Assembly: GCA_965277285.1 (NCBI GenBank)
Contig: OZ255721.1
Coordinates: forward strand, 704,001 to 768,000
From: Abditibacteriaceae bacterium
GTDB lineage: Bacteria > Armatimonadota > Abditibacteriia > Abditibacteriales > Abditibacteriaceae
Direction of reading: 5' to 3'
Length of the DNA: 64,000 nt
Below are positions 39,199 to 49,436 of the stretch, piece by piece. The translations under genes and the position numbers were made by a program. Below the pieces are notes generated by a model that was not told where the DNA came from, searched no databases, and saw only the letters and a program-made list of their open reading frames with translations. Numbering within the stretch: position 1 is the stretch's first letter; every line of letters begins with the position of its first letter.

Positions 39199-40824
39199 AT
39201 GCCTGTCACAGTGCGTTGCGGCGATCCCGCGTTCGATGATTTGCCGGTCGCGTGCGAAGAATGGCTGCGCGCGTCGTCGCTCGTCATCGCTCTGAGTGGC
39301 AGCGATTTTCCCGCGTCAGGACTTCCGGGTGCGCGCGATTCCATTCTTCGCGGCTATCAAACTTCTGCTACAGCGCTCATCAACTTGAACGATCATGCGC
39401 AAGCCTTGTGGGGCGGTGCGTTTTTCCAGACCGACGTTTCGTCCGCTGTCGATGCGCAACTGCGCGCGCCGCGACCCGATGGTTCGCTCTTCGACCGCGT
39501 GCGACCTTTGCCATGCGACGAAATTTCTTCACACGAATCTTTCGATGATCTGTTGCGCAACATTCGCTGGGAGCGCGAAGAATTGCAAGCGCAAAGCGAA
39601 AGTTGGGCGGTTCTGGCAATTTATCGCGTGTGGCAGGCGACGGGCGATAAAAATGCTCTGCTTGCTCGTTTGCCAATTTTGGAACGTGCGTTGGAGTATG
39701 CGCGGCATCATCCGCAGCGTTGGTCGAGCGAACTGGAATTGCCTAAACGTGCCTTTACTTTGGACGCGTGGCCGCTTGAATTCGGGCGCGAACCGAGTAC
39801 TCGAACCTTCGATGAGCACACAAAATGGTGCGTTCATGCGGGCGATGCGTGTCGCTTGTTTCAAGCGTGCCAAGCTTTGGCGCAAATGTTTGGCGCGGTC
39901 GGGCAGGCGAGCGATCAGGAAAAATGGCGCGAGCGAGCGACGCATCTCGAAGCGCAATTGAACTCCGTCGGTTGGAACGGTAATTTTTACAGCCATCAAA
40001 TTCATCTTGATGCGGTTCGCGTGCGCGGCGTCGATGAAGCGCGCCAACTTGCGGCGTGCAACGCGTGGGCGATAAATTCAGGTCTGGCGAGCCATGAACA
40101 ATGCACTTCTATCTTGCGCGAATATATGAGGCGGCGCGAACTCAATCTTGAGAAATCGTTTTGCGAATGGTGGAGCATTCAGCCGCCTTTTTCCGCTGAA
40201 AGTTTCGGCGTCGAGCCTGGCAATGGCGCGAACGGCGGCATCTGGCCGGTTGTTGGAGGCGAAGTCGCGCGCGCCGCTCTCGCGCACGGGCACGAAAGTT
40301 ATGGCGTGGAAACCTTACGGCGCTTTCACGATCTGGCGCTGAAAACGCGACGTTTGTGGCCGTGCTACGCGCTCGATGGAACGCCACAGCGACAAGTCGA
40401 GTACTCGAATCGCTCGGTTGCAACGACTTCGCATGATGCGGTCGCGGCTTCGGCGTTTTTGCGTGCTCTGGTTGAAGGCGTCTGCGGCGTGCGCGATGAC
40501 GACGCGTTATTTTCTTCTATTACGCTCGCTCCACGCTGGCCTGCCACAGGTCAAGCCAGCGCCGAAGTCGAGGTTTCCTATGCGGGAAATGCGGCTTATG
40601 TCACCTATCGCTGGGCGCTCGATGGCGGGCGCATGACGTTGGATTACGAATCAAAGGCCAAGCACATCGCTTTTGATTTGATGCTGCCGCGCGGCAACTT
40701 GCCTGAACGCGTCGCCTTGAACGGGCGCACACACGAATACGCGCTGGTTCCCGTAGAAAAAAGCAAATACGTCCGTTTTGAAACCGATAAAAAACGCGGT
40801 ACAGTTGCCATTACATTAAAATAA
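39199..40824 (+). CDS. Six-hairpin glycosidase-like protein
   Basis: YRVWQATGD..LLARLP.LERALEY, NGGIWP, LVEGVCGV, LAPRWP. Confidence 0.65.
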   Translation: MPVTVRCGDPAFDDLPVACEEWLRASSLVIALSGSDFPASGLPGARDSILRGYQTSATALINLNDHAQALWGGAFFQTDVSSAVDAQLRAPRPDGSLFDRVRPLPCDEISSHESFDDLLRNIRWEREELQAQSESWAVLAIYRVWQATGDKNALLARLPILERALEYARHHPQRWSSELELPKRAFTLDAWPLEFGREPSTRTFDEHTKWCVHAGDACRLFQACQALAQMFGAVGQASDQEKWRERATHLEAQLNSVGWNGNFYSHQIHLDAVRVRGVDEARQLAACNAWAINSGLASHEQCTSILREYMRRRELNLEKSFCEWWSIQPPFSAESFGVEPGNGANGGIWPVVGGEVARAALAHGHESYGVETLRRFHDLALKTRRLWPCYALDGTPQRQVEYSNRSVATTSHDAVAASAFLRALVEGVCGVRDDDALFSSITLAPRWPATGQASAEVEVSYAGNAAYVTYRWALDGGRMTLDYESKAKHIAFDLMLPRGNLPERVALNGRTHEYALVPVEKSKYVRFETDKKRGTVAITLK

Positions 40825-40921
40825 AATTAACCACCAAAACACAAAGTTCACCAAGAGAATAGAGTATTTAGCTCACAATTTTCTTGGTGTGCTTTGTGTC
40901 TCAATGGTTCAAAAAGAAATT

Positions 40922-42061
40922 ATGGACAAGTTAAAAATCGGCATTATCGGCTTGGGCAATATGGGTGCAACGCACGCGCGCAACTTGCCACAGGTGGAAA
41001 ACGTGGAAGTCGTCGGCGTTTGCGACGTGGACGCCGAACGCGCCCTAAAAATCGGCGAAGAAACCGACATTGCGGCGTTTTCAGACGCTTCGCAAATGAT
41101 GCAGGAAAGCGGTTGTCAGGCGGTTTTGATAGCGACGCCGCATCCCTTCCATCGCGCGGCCTGCGAAGAAGCGGCATCGCGCGGGTTGCACGTCTTGTGC
41201 GAAAAACCGCTGGCGGTTCATGTCGCGGACGCGGACGCGATGGTCGAAAGTTGCAAGCGTGCAAACGTGATGCTGGGCGTTGTTTTTCAGCAGCGCACAG
41301 AAACATCGCGGCGCGCTATGAAGAACCTGATTTCGCAAGGCGCGATTGGCGAAATTTATCGCGTGGCGATGAGCGCCCCTTGGTATCGCCCGCAATTTTA
41401 TTACGATTCGGGCGCCTGGCGCGGCACCTGGAATGGCGAAGGCGGCGGCATTTTGATGAACCAGGCGCCGCATTCGCTCGATCAATTGCTGTGGCTGGGC
41501 TTGCCGCCGCAAAGCGTGCAGGCGCTTGTGAGTACGCGATTGCACAACATCGAAGTCGAAAACACCGCGCTGGCGATTCTCGATTATGGCAACGGCGCGA
41601 CCGGAACTTTGTCGACTTCAACTGCGGAAATTTTAGGTTCTGAGCGCATCGAAATCTTTGGCGAGCAAGGCGTTTTGAGTTGGGAAAACGGCAAGCTGCA
41701 TCATTATATAGGGGAAACTTCGTTGACAGAACATTTGCAAACTTCAAACGAAGCGTTCGGTTCAATCAAGGGCGACTGGCACGATGTTGACATCGAGACG
41801 ACAGCAAACCATGGCGAAACGGCGCCCGGCGGCGCTTCAACAGGCGGCCACAATGCGATTGTTTACGCTTTTGCCGATGCCGTTACGAGCAACGATGAAA
41901 GCAAACTCATCGCGCGCGGCGAAGATGGCGTCGCCTCGCTCGAACTGGCGAATGCAATTTTGATGGCTGGCATAACGCGCCGCGAAGTTTCATTTCCTCT
42001 GGATCGCGTGGCTTATCAAGAATTGTTGGCAAAACTGCAAAATGGTGAAACAAAGGTGTGA
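40922..42061 (+). CDS. Gfo/Idh/MocA oxidoreductase
   Basis: GIIGLGNMG, ATPHPFH, HVLCEKP, GGGILMNQAPHSLD. Confidence 0.93.
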   Translation: MDKLKIGIIGLGNMGATHARNLPQVENVEVVGVCDVDAERALKIGEETDIAAFSDASQMMQESGCQAVLIATPHPFHRAACEEAASRGLHVLCEKPLAVHVADADAMVESCKRANVMLGVVFQQRTETSRRAMKNLISQGAIGEIYRVAMSAPWYRPQFYYDSGAWRGTWNGEGGGILMNQAPHSLDQLLWLGLPPQSVQALVSTRLHNIEVENTALAILDYGNGATGTLSTSTAEILGSERIEIFGEQGVLSWENGKLHHYIGETSLTEHLQTSNEAFGSIKGDWHDVDIETTANHGETAPGGASTGGHNAIVYAFADAVTSNDESKLIARGEDGVASLELANAILMAGITRREVSFPLDRVAYQELLAKLQNGETKV

Positions 42062-42349
42062 AATCGAGTACTCGTATCTCCCAATCATTATGAAGAGCAA
42101 AGTTTCGACGTATCTTTTTCGGGAAAGCAATCAGAGGGCGAATTCGCGCTAAATGACTTTCATTGCAAACGTTGCCACTGAGATATACTGCTTGTTGAAG
42201 CCAAAAAACGAATGGCAATTGGATCAGGGAAATAATCATATGAATTTTTTCATTAGCAGGTTTCATTACATGAACCAAGCAAACGCAAAATTTGTGGTCT
42301 CACGGTTCTAAGCGCCGCCATTTTTGAAATGTCATTTGAAAAACCAGAT

Positions 42350-42760
42350 GTTCGCATTAGGTATGATAATATATATTATGAAACAAAAATCGAAAAAACA
42401 GATAATCCATATAAAAATATTATATTAAAAATTAAATAATAAATATTAAGTAGATAATTTATAATATTTATATAATTGTTTTACAGATACGTTTTTTATA
42501 ATCGCATAATAAACATTATATTGAGATATACGAACCAACATTATTTTCATAAGAATGAATTAGATATTACTTCAATATATAAATTACAAGTATGAAGATA
42601 ATGGAAGATGTATAATGTATGATTTTGATAAATGAAGAAAAAACATGATGTTGATAAGTAAGCAAGAGAAACGATGTTTATAAAAGCGAAAAAATATTAT
42701 GTCGATAAGTGTAGATAAGTATGAAGATAATAAGCGTAAAATAACTGAAGAAGATATTTA
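42350..42760. other. Extremely AT-rich non-coding block
   Basis: Long A/T runs and no ORF of 60 aa or more; repeats GATAAGT and TATGAAGATAA. Confidence 0.85.
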
Positions 42761-42866
42761 ACAGTTCAAAAGTTGTAAGACTGATTTAGATACACTGCGG
42801 ATGAACTCATTAGCACAAACGTTGAAATTTGGAAAACTGGTAGCATCGAGGCAATGATCAAACACG

Positions 42867-44681
42867 ATGTCTGAGAACGCGCTTTTGGTGAACGTCGAGT
42901 ACTCGCAACTTTCGGTAGCTGAAGTGCGCGACGGACGCTTGTTCGATTTCGAGGTCGAGCAAAACAATCGTTTGGTGGGCAATATTTATCTGGGGCAAGT
43001 CGAAACGATTTTGCCAGGCATGGACGCGGCTTTTATCGACATCGGTTTGCGGCGCAACGCCCTGATTTACGCTGGTGACATCGGCTTGACACCAGGAAAC
43101 CTCGCCCATAATGTTGCGCACGACAATAACGTTAATGCGCAAAATTTGCCGATTGAAAAGTTGCTGCGCGGTGGCGATAAAATTGTTGTCCAGATCGCGC
43201 GTGCGCCTTTGGGCAGCAAAGGCGCGCGCGTCACCGGCCATTTATCCTTGCTGGGGCGCTACATTGTGCTGGCAACAAACGCGGAAAACGTCGGCGTTTC
43301 GCGGCGCATCGAGAACGCGGCAGAACGCGAGCGTTTGCGTCGTCTGGTAGAAAAACTGCGGCCTCTCGATCACAGCGTGATTGTGCGCACCGAAGCCGCC
43401 GGAGTTTCTGAACAAGAATTGGCGCAGGATGTTCGCTTGTTGCTGCGCCAACTGGAACGCATCGAAAGCAAAGCAGCCACTATTAATCAACCGACGTTGC
43501 TGTACCGCGAAACGGGATTGTTGGGGCGCGTGGTGCGAGATCGCTTGAACGACAAAATCAATCGTATCGTCGTCGATTCCCCAGTCGAGTACTCGATGTT
43601 GCGAGAAATGGTCGAAATGACGCTGCCGCACTTGGCGGATCGCGTGCATTTGCATCAGGAAACTGCGTCCCTGTTTTCCTTTCATGGTCTTGAAGACGAC
43701 CTGAGCGCCTTGAACGAACGCTTGGTGCCTTTGCCACGCGGCGGCTATTTAGCGATTGATGAAGCCGAAGCGCTGACTGCCATTGATGTCAATACGGGCC
43801 GTTTCGTCGGCAAAAGTCGCCTGGCTGATACGGTTTTGCAAACCAATCTTGAAGCGGCGGCGGAAGCGGCGCGTCAACTGCGTTTGCGCAACATCGGCGG
43901 CATCATCGTCATTGATTTTATTGACATGGAACAAACGCGGGATCGCGTCAAAGTGATGGACGCGCTGGAAAAAGCCTTGAAGGAAGATCGCGCGCGGACA
44001 CGCATCGTGCAGCTTTCGCCGTTGGGTTTGGTTGAAATGACGCGGCGACGCGATGGCGACACTTTACGACAATCAAGCACCGACGAATGTCCTTATTGCG
44101 ACGGCGAAGGGCGCATTCAAAGCCCGTCCAACGTGGCATTGCAAACCGCGCGCGCCGTCCGAAACGCCGTTGCAGAACACCAGAAGACACTCAATCAAAA
44201 GCAAGAAATCGCCGCTGAGGTGACGCTGCATCCTTTGGTCGCCGTCGAATTTTTGGGCAACGATAACGAGGCGATCAGCGCTCTGGAAGCCGAAACTAAA
44301 ACGCCCATTTCCCTGTTCGTTTCCCCGACTTTCCATCAGGAAGCGAGCCGTGTGGAAATCATGAATGCGAGCCAGAACGATAAAATCGATGAAAAATACC
44401 GCGAAGGCGCGCGTTTTGAAATTGCGGCGCCAGCGTGGCTCAACGACGAAATGACTTTCGCTACCATCAATCGCCGCCTCGTTCGCGTTGATGACACGGC
44501 GCAACAATCTGCCGCGCCAACTTCGGGCAAAAACGAGGAAAAGAGAATTTCTTGTCTGGTTGAAGTGATACGCGCCAGCCGCTGGTTTCTTGAAGTGCGC
44601 TTCTTGGTCAGTGGCGAACCGAAAATCTCGACCGCCGCGCAAAGTCCAACTTCAGATAAGATCGGCAGCCACCAAAAATGA
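42867..44681 (+). CDS. rng: Rne/Rng family ribonuclease (RNase G-like)
   Basis: VGNIYLG..LPGMDAAFIDIG, LTAIDVNTG, RQLRLRNIGGIIVIDFIDM, CPYCDGEG. Confidence 0.92.
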   Translation: MSENALLVNVEYSQLSVAEVRDGRLFDFEVEQNNRLVGNIYLGQVETILPGMDAAFIDIGLRRNALIYAGDIGLTPGNLAHNVAHDNNVNAQNLPIEKLLRGGDKIVVQIARAPLGSKGARVTGHLSLLGRYIVLATNAENVGVSRRIENAAERERLRRLVEKLRPLDHSVIVRTEAAGVSEQELAQDVRLLLRQLERIESKAATINQPTLLYRETGLLGRVVRDRLNDKINRIVVDSPVEYSMLREMVEMTLPHLADRVHLHQETASLFSFHGLEDDLSALNERLVPLPRGGYLAIDEAEALTAIDVNTGRFVGKSRLADTVLQTNLEAAAEAARQLRLRNIGGIIVIDFIDMEQTRDRVKVMDALEKALKEDRARTRIVQLSPLGLVEMTRRRDGDTLRQSSTDECPYCDGEGRIQSPSNVALQTARAVRNAVAEHQKTLNQKQEIAAEVTLHPLVAVEFLGNDNEAISALEAETKTPISLFVSPTFHQEASRVEIMNASQNDKIDEKYREGARFEIAAPAWLNDEMTFATINRRLVRVDDTAQQSAAPTSGKNEEKRISCLVEVIRASRWFLEVRFLVSGEPKISTAAQSPTSDKIGSHQK

Positions 44682-45505
44682 CGGATATTTCCTCGCAGAA
44701 GAAAGCCAAAGTATCAAGCGATGTCTGGCCGCTGAATCACTTGTTTCAACTCAGTCGCCGACGCGTTGACGCACCGCAATTTTTTATCGCGGCGCGTCAA
44801 CGCAAGGCGCGCTATGTGGTTTCCGAAGTCACTCAATTCCCTGATGTGGCATCGGACGCAACGTTGGATGAAGCGAATTCCGGCTGGTTTGCGCAGTCTT
44901 TATCTACCGATCTGGTTCCGATTATTGGTGACAACCCGCAGCAACTGCATCCGCGCTACGTGATGGCAGTTTTATCGTCGCGCAGCATAGAAAAGCCTAT
45001 TGCTTTGCGCGATTTTCCGATTCCCGCCATCGAATTTTCAACGCTGGAAAGCGTGCGTCGCTCGATGACATTGAACAGCATGAGAATGAGCCTGGAATAC
45101 TTTCAGGACGGTTCGCTTCGAGTACTCGAACTGGTGGAAAATCGCTTGGCGGCAAAGCAGCGCGACGTGGTTCACGATTTATGTGTTTATCTGATGCGCC
45201 ATTTATTGGACATTCGTGCCCGGGAACGTGAAGCCCGTTTTCTGCGCGCCGAATCTGTCGCGGCGTTTTTGGGTTTGAACGAAAAACGCGTGCAACAATT
45301 ATTTCTCGCCCGACGTTTGTCGGCTTCGTCCATGACGCAAAAGCTGGAAGAAAACTACGCTGGAACAATTCGCCGAAAATTAGATGTCGAACAACTTGTC
45401 AGCAGTCAGATCGTTTTACTTCGTCCGCAATTGCGCCACTTTGAGAAAGAAGAAGACCAGCTTTTTACGCTGTTGGATGCTGTTGTCGCGCGACTTCGCG
45501 CTTAA
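44678..45505 (+). CDS. Hypothetical protein resembling the C-terminal specificity region of type IIG/Eco57I-like R-M enzymes
   Basis: YVMAVLSS, FPIPAIEFST, DVVHDL.., LDAVVARL; resemblance judged from memory only; ATGA overlap with rng. Confidence 0.5.
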   Translation: MTDISSQKKAKVSSDVWPLNHLFQLSRRRVDAPQFFIAARQRKARYVVSEVTQFPDVASDATLDEANSGWFAQSLSTDLVPIIGDNPQQLHPRYVMAVLSSRSIEKPIALRDFPIPAIEFSTLESVRRSMTLNSMRMSLEYFQDGSLRVLELVENRLAAKQRDVVHDLCVYLMRHLLDIRAREREARFLRAESVAAFLGLNEKRVQQLFLARRLSASSMTQKLEENYAGTIRRKLDVEQLVSSQIVLLRPQLRHFEKEEDQLFTLLDAVVARLRA

Positions 45506-46098
45506 TCTTGATCTTCGTTCGTCGCCGGAAGGCAACGTTGTTCGATGCGGCGATCTGGTACCAACCACATCAAAGCGACGGCAATATACAGCGCGATGGC
45601 AACCCAACGATTGACGAAGGCGACTCCAACGGCAATAGCATAAACCAGCACGGACAATTTGCCTTTACCGTCGTTGCCAATCGAGCGCGCCAACTCCGAA
45701 TCTTCGCCGTTGCAGGCGATCAAGGCGCGCACAAGGATGTAATAAGCGACGCCCGCCATAAATACGACAAAGCCGAAGCACGCGACAGGCCACGTCGCAA
45801 AATGATTTTCGCCCATCCAACCGGTCACAAAAGGCGCCAGCGACAGCCAGAATAACAAATGCAAATTCGCCCACAAGGTCACGCCGCTGATATGCTCGAC
45901 GGCCTTCATCATGTGATGGTGATTGTTCCAATAAATGCCGATGTAAATAAAACTGAGAATGTAGCTGAGGAAAACGGGAATTTGTTCGCGCAACGCCACC
46001 AAACTATCGCCGTGCGGGATTTTCAAATCGAGCACCATAATCGTGATGATGACGGCGATAACACCATCGGTAAACGCTTCCATGCGACCTTTTTCCAC
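45502..46098 (-). CDS. TMEM175-family (DUF1211) channel
   Basis: RMEAFTDGVIAVIITIMVL, YWNNHHH, WLVPDRRIE. Confidence 0.92.
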   Translation of the reverse strand: MEKGRMEAFTDGVIAVIITIMVLDLKIPHGDSLVALREQIPVFLSYILSFIYIGIYWNNHHHMMKAVEHISGVTLWANLHLLFWLSLAPFVTGWMGENHFATWPVACFGFVVFMAGVAYYILVRALIACNGEDSELARSIGNDGKGKLSVLVYAIAVGVAFVNRWVAIALYIAVALMWLVPDRRIEQRCLPATNEDQD

Positions 46099-46153
46099 AG
46101 CTTCCCCTTCCTATTTCGAGTACTCGATAGCGGTTTGATAGTGGCTCAATGAA

Positions 46154-46240
46154 GTGAGGCTGTTCAACGAACCCGAAGCGTGAGCGAGGGATAAAAGTTA
46201 GCTCCTTGGTTCACGCTTCGGGTTCGTTGAACAGCCTCAC
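46154..46240. repeat. REP-like inverted repeat, AACCCGAAGCG family (copy 2)
   Basis: gtgaggctgttcaacgaacccgaagcgtga ... tcacgcttcgggttcgttgaacagcctcac. Confidence 0.88.
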
Positions 46241-46264
46241 CACCTAAACCATTAACCAACGATG

Positions 46265-47509
46265 TTATTGAGCTTTGCGACGCTTCGCCAATAAAAAGAC
46301 GAGCAAGCTGATAATCGCTAATTCGGGCAACATCGGTGGTAGATTTTTCTTGGCGCCGCTTGTTTTTTTATTATCGCCCGAGTTTTTATCATCGTCGGAT
46401 TTTTTATCGCCCGCTTTTTGCTGACCGTTCGCTGTGGTTTTGCCGGAGGAAACTTTGGCGTCTTCGGGCGCCGAAGAAGATGGCGCATCGCCGCGCGCCA
46501 CGCGTCCGCTGACGACTTCGTCCTGCAATTGCAGCAATTCGCGGTAAACGACTTCCCATTGCTCGAAGGGAATGTCCTGATCGTGCAAATCGCCTTTGAG
46601 CGTTTCGATTTCTTTCAGTTGATTTTCGCGCTCGTTTTCGCCCACCGGATTATCGTGCCACTTGTGGTAAAGCGTGGTGATTCGGTCCTCGAACTGCTGC
46701 GATTTTTCTTCCCATGTCAAATACGCTTCGGTAAATGGAACACGTTGTGTGATAATGGCGCGCGCTTGCGAAGCGGTTGGTTTTTTGCCGGTCAAAATCA
46801 TGTCGGTCGGATGAACGATGATGTTCAAGCCATTGTCGCCCGCCAGCATTTTCGCGCCTGGCGTCACCAAACCTTGCACAATCGCTTTCGCCAACAAACT
46901 CATCACCAGAACTGGCGGCTTGATATACCACGGCATTTCGACTTCTTTAACGGGCAAATCGTTTTGCGTCAAAGCATCGCGCAAATCGCGCATCACAATC
47001 TCGTAACCGTCGTCCTTCAACTTGATCGGAACGTGTTGGGTTTGCAGCCTTTTGACGTAGGTAATGGCGATGGTCACAATGGAAGTTAGCATCATCAACA
47101 CGATGCCGACGGCGAAACCTGGCGCGATAACCCAGCCTTTCACCACTTGAAGTGCTTTGTCTTTCAGCGTTTCCGGCGGCTTGTTGTCAACGAACAACGA
47201 AGCGATACCGATAATAAATGGCAAGACGATCACGAAGATGATGGCGAAGCGGTGAATGATTTCCTTGATGCGCGGCGTGCCCAGATTTCTGTTCAGCAAG
47301 AACAGAAATTGCGTGACTTCGGGCGCGAAAATGCTGATGACGAAAACGACCCACAAAATCGACATCAAACTGATTCCGGCCAAGAGATATTGGCGCTTGG
47401 GCGGCATTTTTCCGAAGAAGCCGACCATCGCCCACGAAAACAAAAAGGCGGCGATACGTCCAAACGAGTTAATTAGCGCAGTCGTTAAGGCGGCGATAAG
47501 TGCGGGCAT
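46265..47509 (-). CDS. Hypothetical membrane protein
   Basis: Four N-terminal TM helices, a soluble region and a C-terminal TM. Confidence 0.75.
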   Translation of the reverse strand: MPALIAALTTALINSFGRIAAFLFSWAMVGFFGKMPPKRQYLLAGISLMSILWVVFVISIFAPEVTQFLFLLNRNLGTPRIKEIIHRFAIIFVIVLPFIIGIASLFVDNKPPETLKDKALQVVKGWVIAPGFAVGIVLMMLTSIVTIAITYVKRLQTQHVPIKLKDDGYEIVMRDLRDALTQNDLPVKEVEMPWYIKPPVLVMSLLAKAIVQGLVTPGAKMLAGDNGLNIIVHPTDMILTGKKPTASQARAIITQRVPFTEAYLTWEEKSQQFEDRITTLYHKWHDNPVGENERENQLKEIETLKGDLHDQDIPFEQWEVVYRELLQLQDEVVSGRVARGDAPSSSAPEDAKVSSGKTTANGQQKAGDKKSDDDKNSGDNKKTSGAKKNLPPMLPELAIISLLVFLLAKRRKAQ

Positions 47510-47676
47510 GAAAATTCCTTGCGATTTGGGAAGCTGTCTGCGAAAGTCTGAAGTTTGTATCGAGTACTCGAATCGGCATCTTAATGATTCGAGCGCAGTG
47601 TAACTGCAAATTGTGTGCAACAAGCGTTTGGGCTTTCGATGTCTTGAAGCAGTAAAAACGTTAGACTGGAACGACT

Positions 47677-48384
47677 TTGGCGTTGATTCTTAATTCGGGT
47701 GAACTTTTGAAAATAGCGCTGATTGGCGATTCGATGGTGGAAAAATGGGGGCCGGAGTGTCCTCAACTCAAAACCGAACTGGCTCGCGTCTTTACGCGGA
47801 CGACGTTTGAAATCAACAATTTCGGTTTGGGCGGCACGCGCGCCGGACACGGATTGTGGCGCGTTTCGCACGATTACAAAGACGGCGACGGCAAATACCG
47901 CGCGTGCCTGAGCTACAACGACCCTGACATCGTGATTATCGAATCGTTCGCTTACACCAACTGCGTGGACGATGCGGAAAGTTTGCCTGAATACCGCGAC
48001 GTGATGCGCAGTTTATGGGAAGAAGTCGGGCGCACGACTGCCGCGCAACGCTTGTTTCTCGTCCCACTTCCACCCGACCGCGACAAGTTTCTCGAAACCG
48101 CGAACAATTATTATTACACCTCGAAAATAACGCGGCAGCGCATGGCCGACCGCGCCACGCTTTATCTGGAAGAAGCGTTGCGCATCGCGGCGGACGAAGA
48201 ATGGCCGGTTGCCGATGTCTATGGCGAAGTGCAGAAGAAAGTAGAGTACGGCGACAAATTGCGGCGCTTCATCAATCAATCGGATTGCCTGCATCCTTCG
48301 ATTTATGGTTATCAGGCGATGGCGCGCGTCGTTGTCCGCGCTCTCGACAAGCATGAAATGATCAAGGAAGTGATCTCGAAATGA
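47677..48384 (+). CDS. SGNH/GDSL hydrolase
   Basis: IGDS, NFGLGG, DCLHPS..GY. Confidence 0.82.
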   Translation: MALILNSGELLKIALIGDSMVEKWGPECPQLKTELARVFTRTTFEINNFGLGGTRAGHGLWRVSHDYKDGDGKYRACLSYNDPDIVIIESFAYTNCVDDAESLPEYRDVMRSLWEEVGRTTAAQRLFLVPLPPDRDKFLETANNYYYTSKITRQRMADRATLYLEEALRIAADEEWPVADVYGEVQKKVEYGDKLRRFINQSDCLHPSIYGYQAMARVVVRALDKHEMIKEVISK

Positions 48385-48551
48385 AGGTCGCTCCGGCTGA
48401 CAGCTATCGTTCAGAATGACAAATCGATCATTTTGAATGAAAGATGTAATCACAAAGTGACTTCGAGTACTCGATTTCAGAGCACAACTGTTGCAGCGCA
48501 TTCGTATTCCGTATTCGTATTCATACTTCCGTATTCATCGTTTGTTTTCTT

Positions 48552-49343
48552 ATGACCGATTCTCAATTTGGGCCGTTGGCGCCGTATTATGACGAACTGA
48601 TGGACATTGTGCCTTACGAGGCGTGGGTCGATTACGTTTCGACGTTGTTTTTGCTGGCCGATCACGAGCCATCTCGCGTGCTCGATGCGGCGTGTGGCAC
48701 CGGCAACGTGTCATTTAAAATGGCGCGTCGCGGCTGGAACGTGACGGGCGTTGATTTGAGTTCGGCCATGATCGAAGTCGCGCAAGCCAAAGCGCAAAAC
48801 CTCGCGCCGCGCGATGTGCCGCCGCACTTTCTGGCAGGCGATTTCTTCCCTGCCCCACGCTTCATATGCGACGATTTGACGACTTTCGACTTGAACGAAG
48901 CCTTTGATAGCGCGACTTGCCTGTACGATTCGCTCAATTACATCATCGAACCGGAAAAACTACAATTGGCGTTCGCGCGCATCGCAGCTCATGTCGAACA
49001 GGGCGGCGTTTTTGTTTTCGATATGAACTCGGATTGGGCCTTCAAAGCCGATCTTTTCACGCAAAGCAACCTCGACTTGCGCCGCGACCTGAACTATGAA
49101 TGGCGCGCCGATTTCGATCCCGAGTCGCGCATTTGCTCGGTTCACATGATGTTTCGCCGCCGCGCCAATGGTGTAACCCAAACCTTTTACGAAACACACC
49201 GCGAACGCGCTTACGAGCGCGAAGAAGTCGAAACTATGCTGCGCGAAACCGGCTGGGATCTACTGCGCTCGTTCGATGCCTACACTTTAAATCCGCCGCA
49301 CGCGCGAAGCGAACGCTGGTATTTTCTGGCGCGTCGTGCCTAA
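48552..49343 (+). CDS. Class I SAM-dependent methyltransferase
   Basis: VLDAACGTG, GVDLS, CLYDSLNY, GGVFVFD, ETHRERAY. Confidence 0.9.
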   Translation: MTDSQFGPLAPYYDELMDIVPYEAWVDYVSTLFLLADHEPSRVLDAACGTGNVSFKMARRGWNVTGVDLSSAMIEVAQAKAQNLAPRDVPPHFLAGDFFPAPRFICDDLTTFDLNEAFDSATCLYDSLNYIIEPEKLQLAFARIAAHVEQGGVFVFDMNSDWAFKADLFTQSNLDLRRDLNYEWRADFDPESRICSVHMMFRRRANGVTQTFYETHRERAYEREEVETMLRETGWDLLRSFDAYTLNPPHARSERWYFLARRA

Positions 49344-49378
49344 AAGCGTTCGCTGTTGCGTTGCTTTATGTCCGGGTC

Positions 49379-49429
49379 GCAAACAAAACAACGAGTACTC
49401 GAAGTTCGAGTACTCGTTGTTTTGTTTGC
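49379..49429. terminator. Perfect 25-bp-arm palindrome with two HIP cores, between convergent genes
   Basis: gcaaacaaaacaacgagtactcgaa-g-ttcgagtactcgttgttttgtttgc. Confidence 0.7.
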
Positions 49430-49436
49430 AACTGTT

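Noticed and set aside
41907..42278. 123-aa minus-strand ORF
   Set aside because: Overlaps the Gfo/Idh/MocA gene antisense and has no recognisable features
42350..42760. oriC call
   Set aside because: No clear DnaA boxes and no dnaA/dnaN/gid genes nearby; kept only as an unexplained AT-rich block
48501..48540. Short (GTATTC)-like tandem repeat
   Set aside because: Too short and degenerate to assign a function
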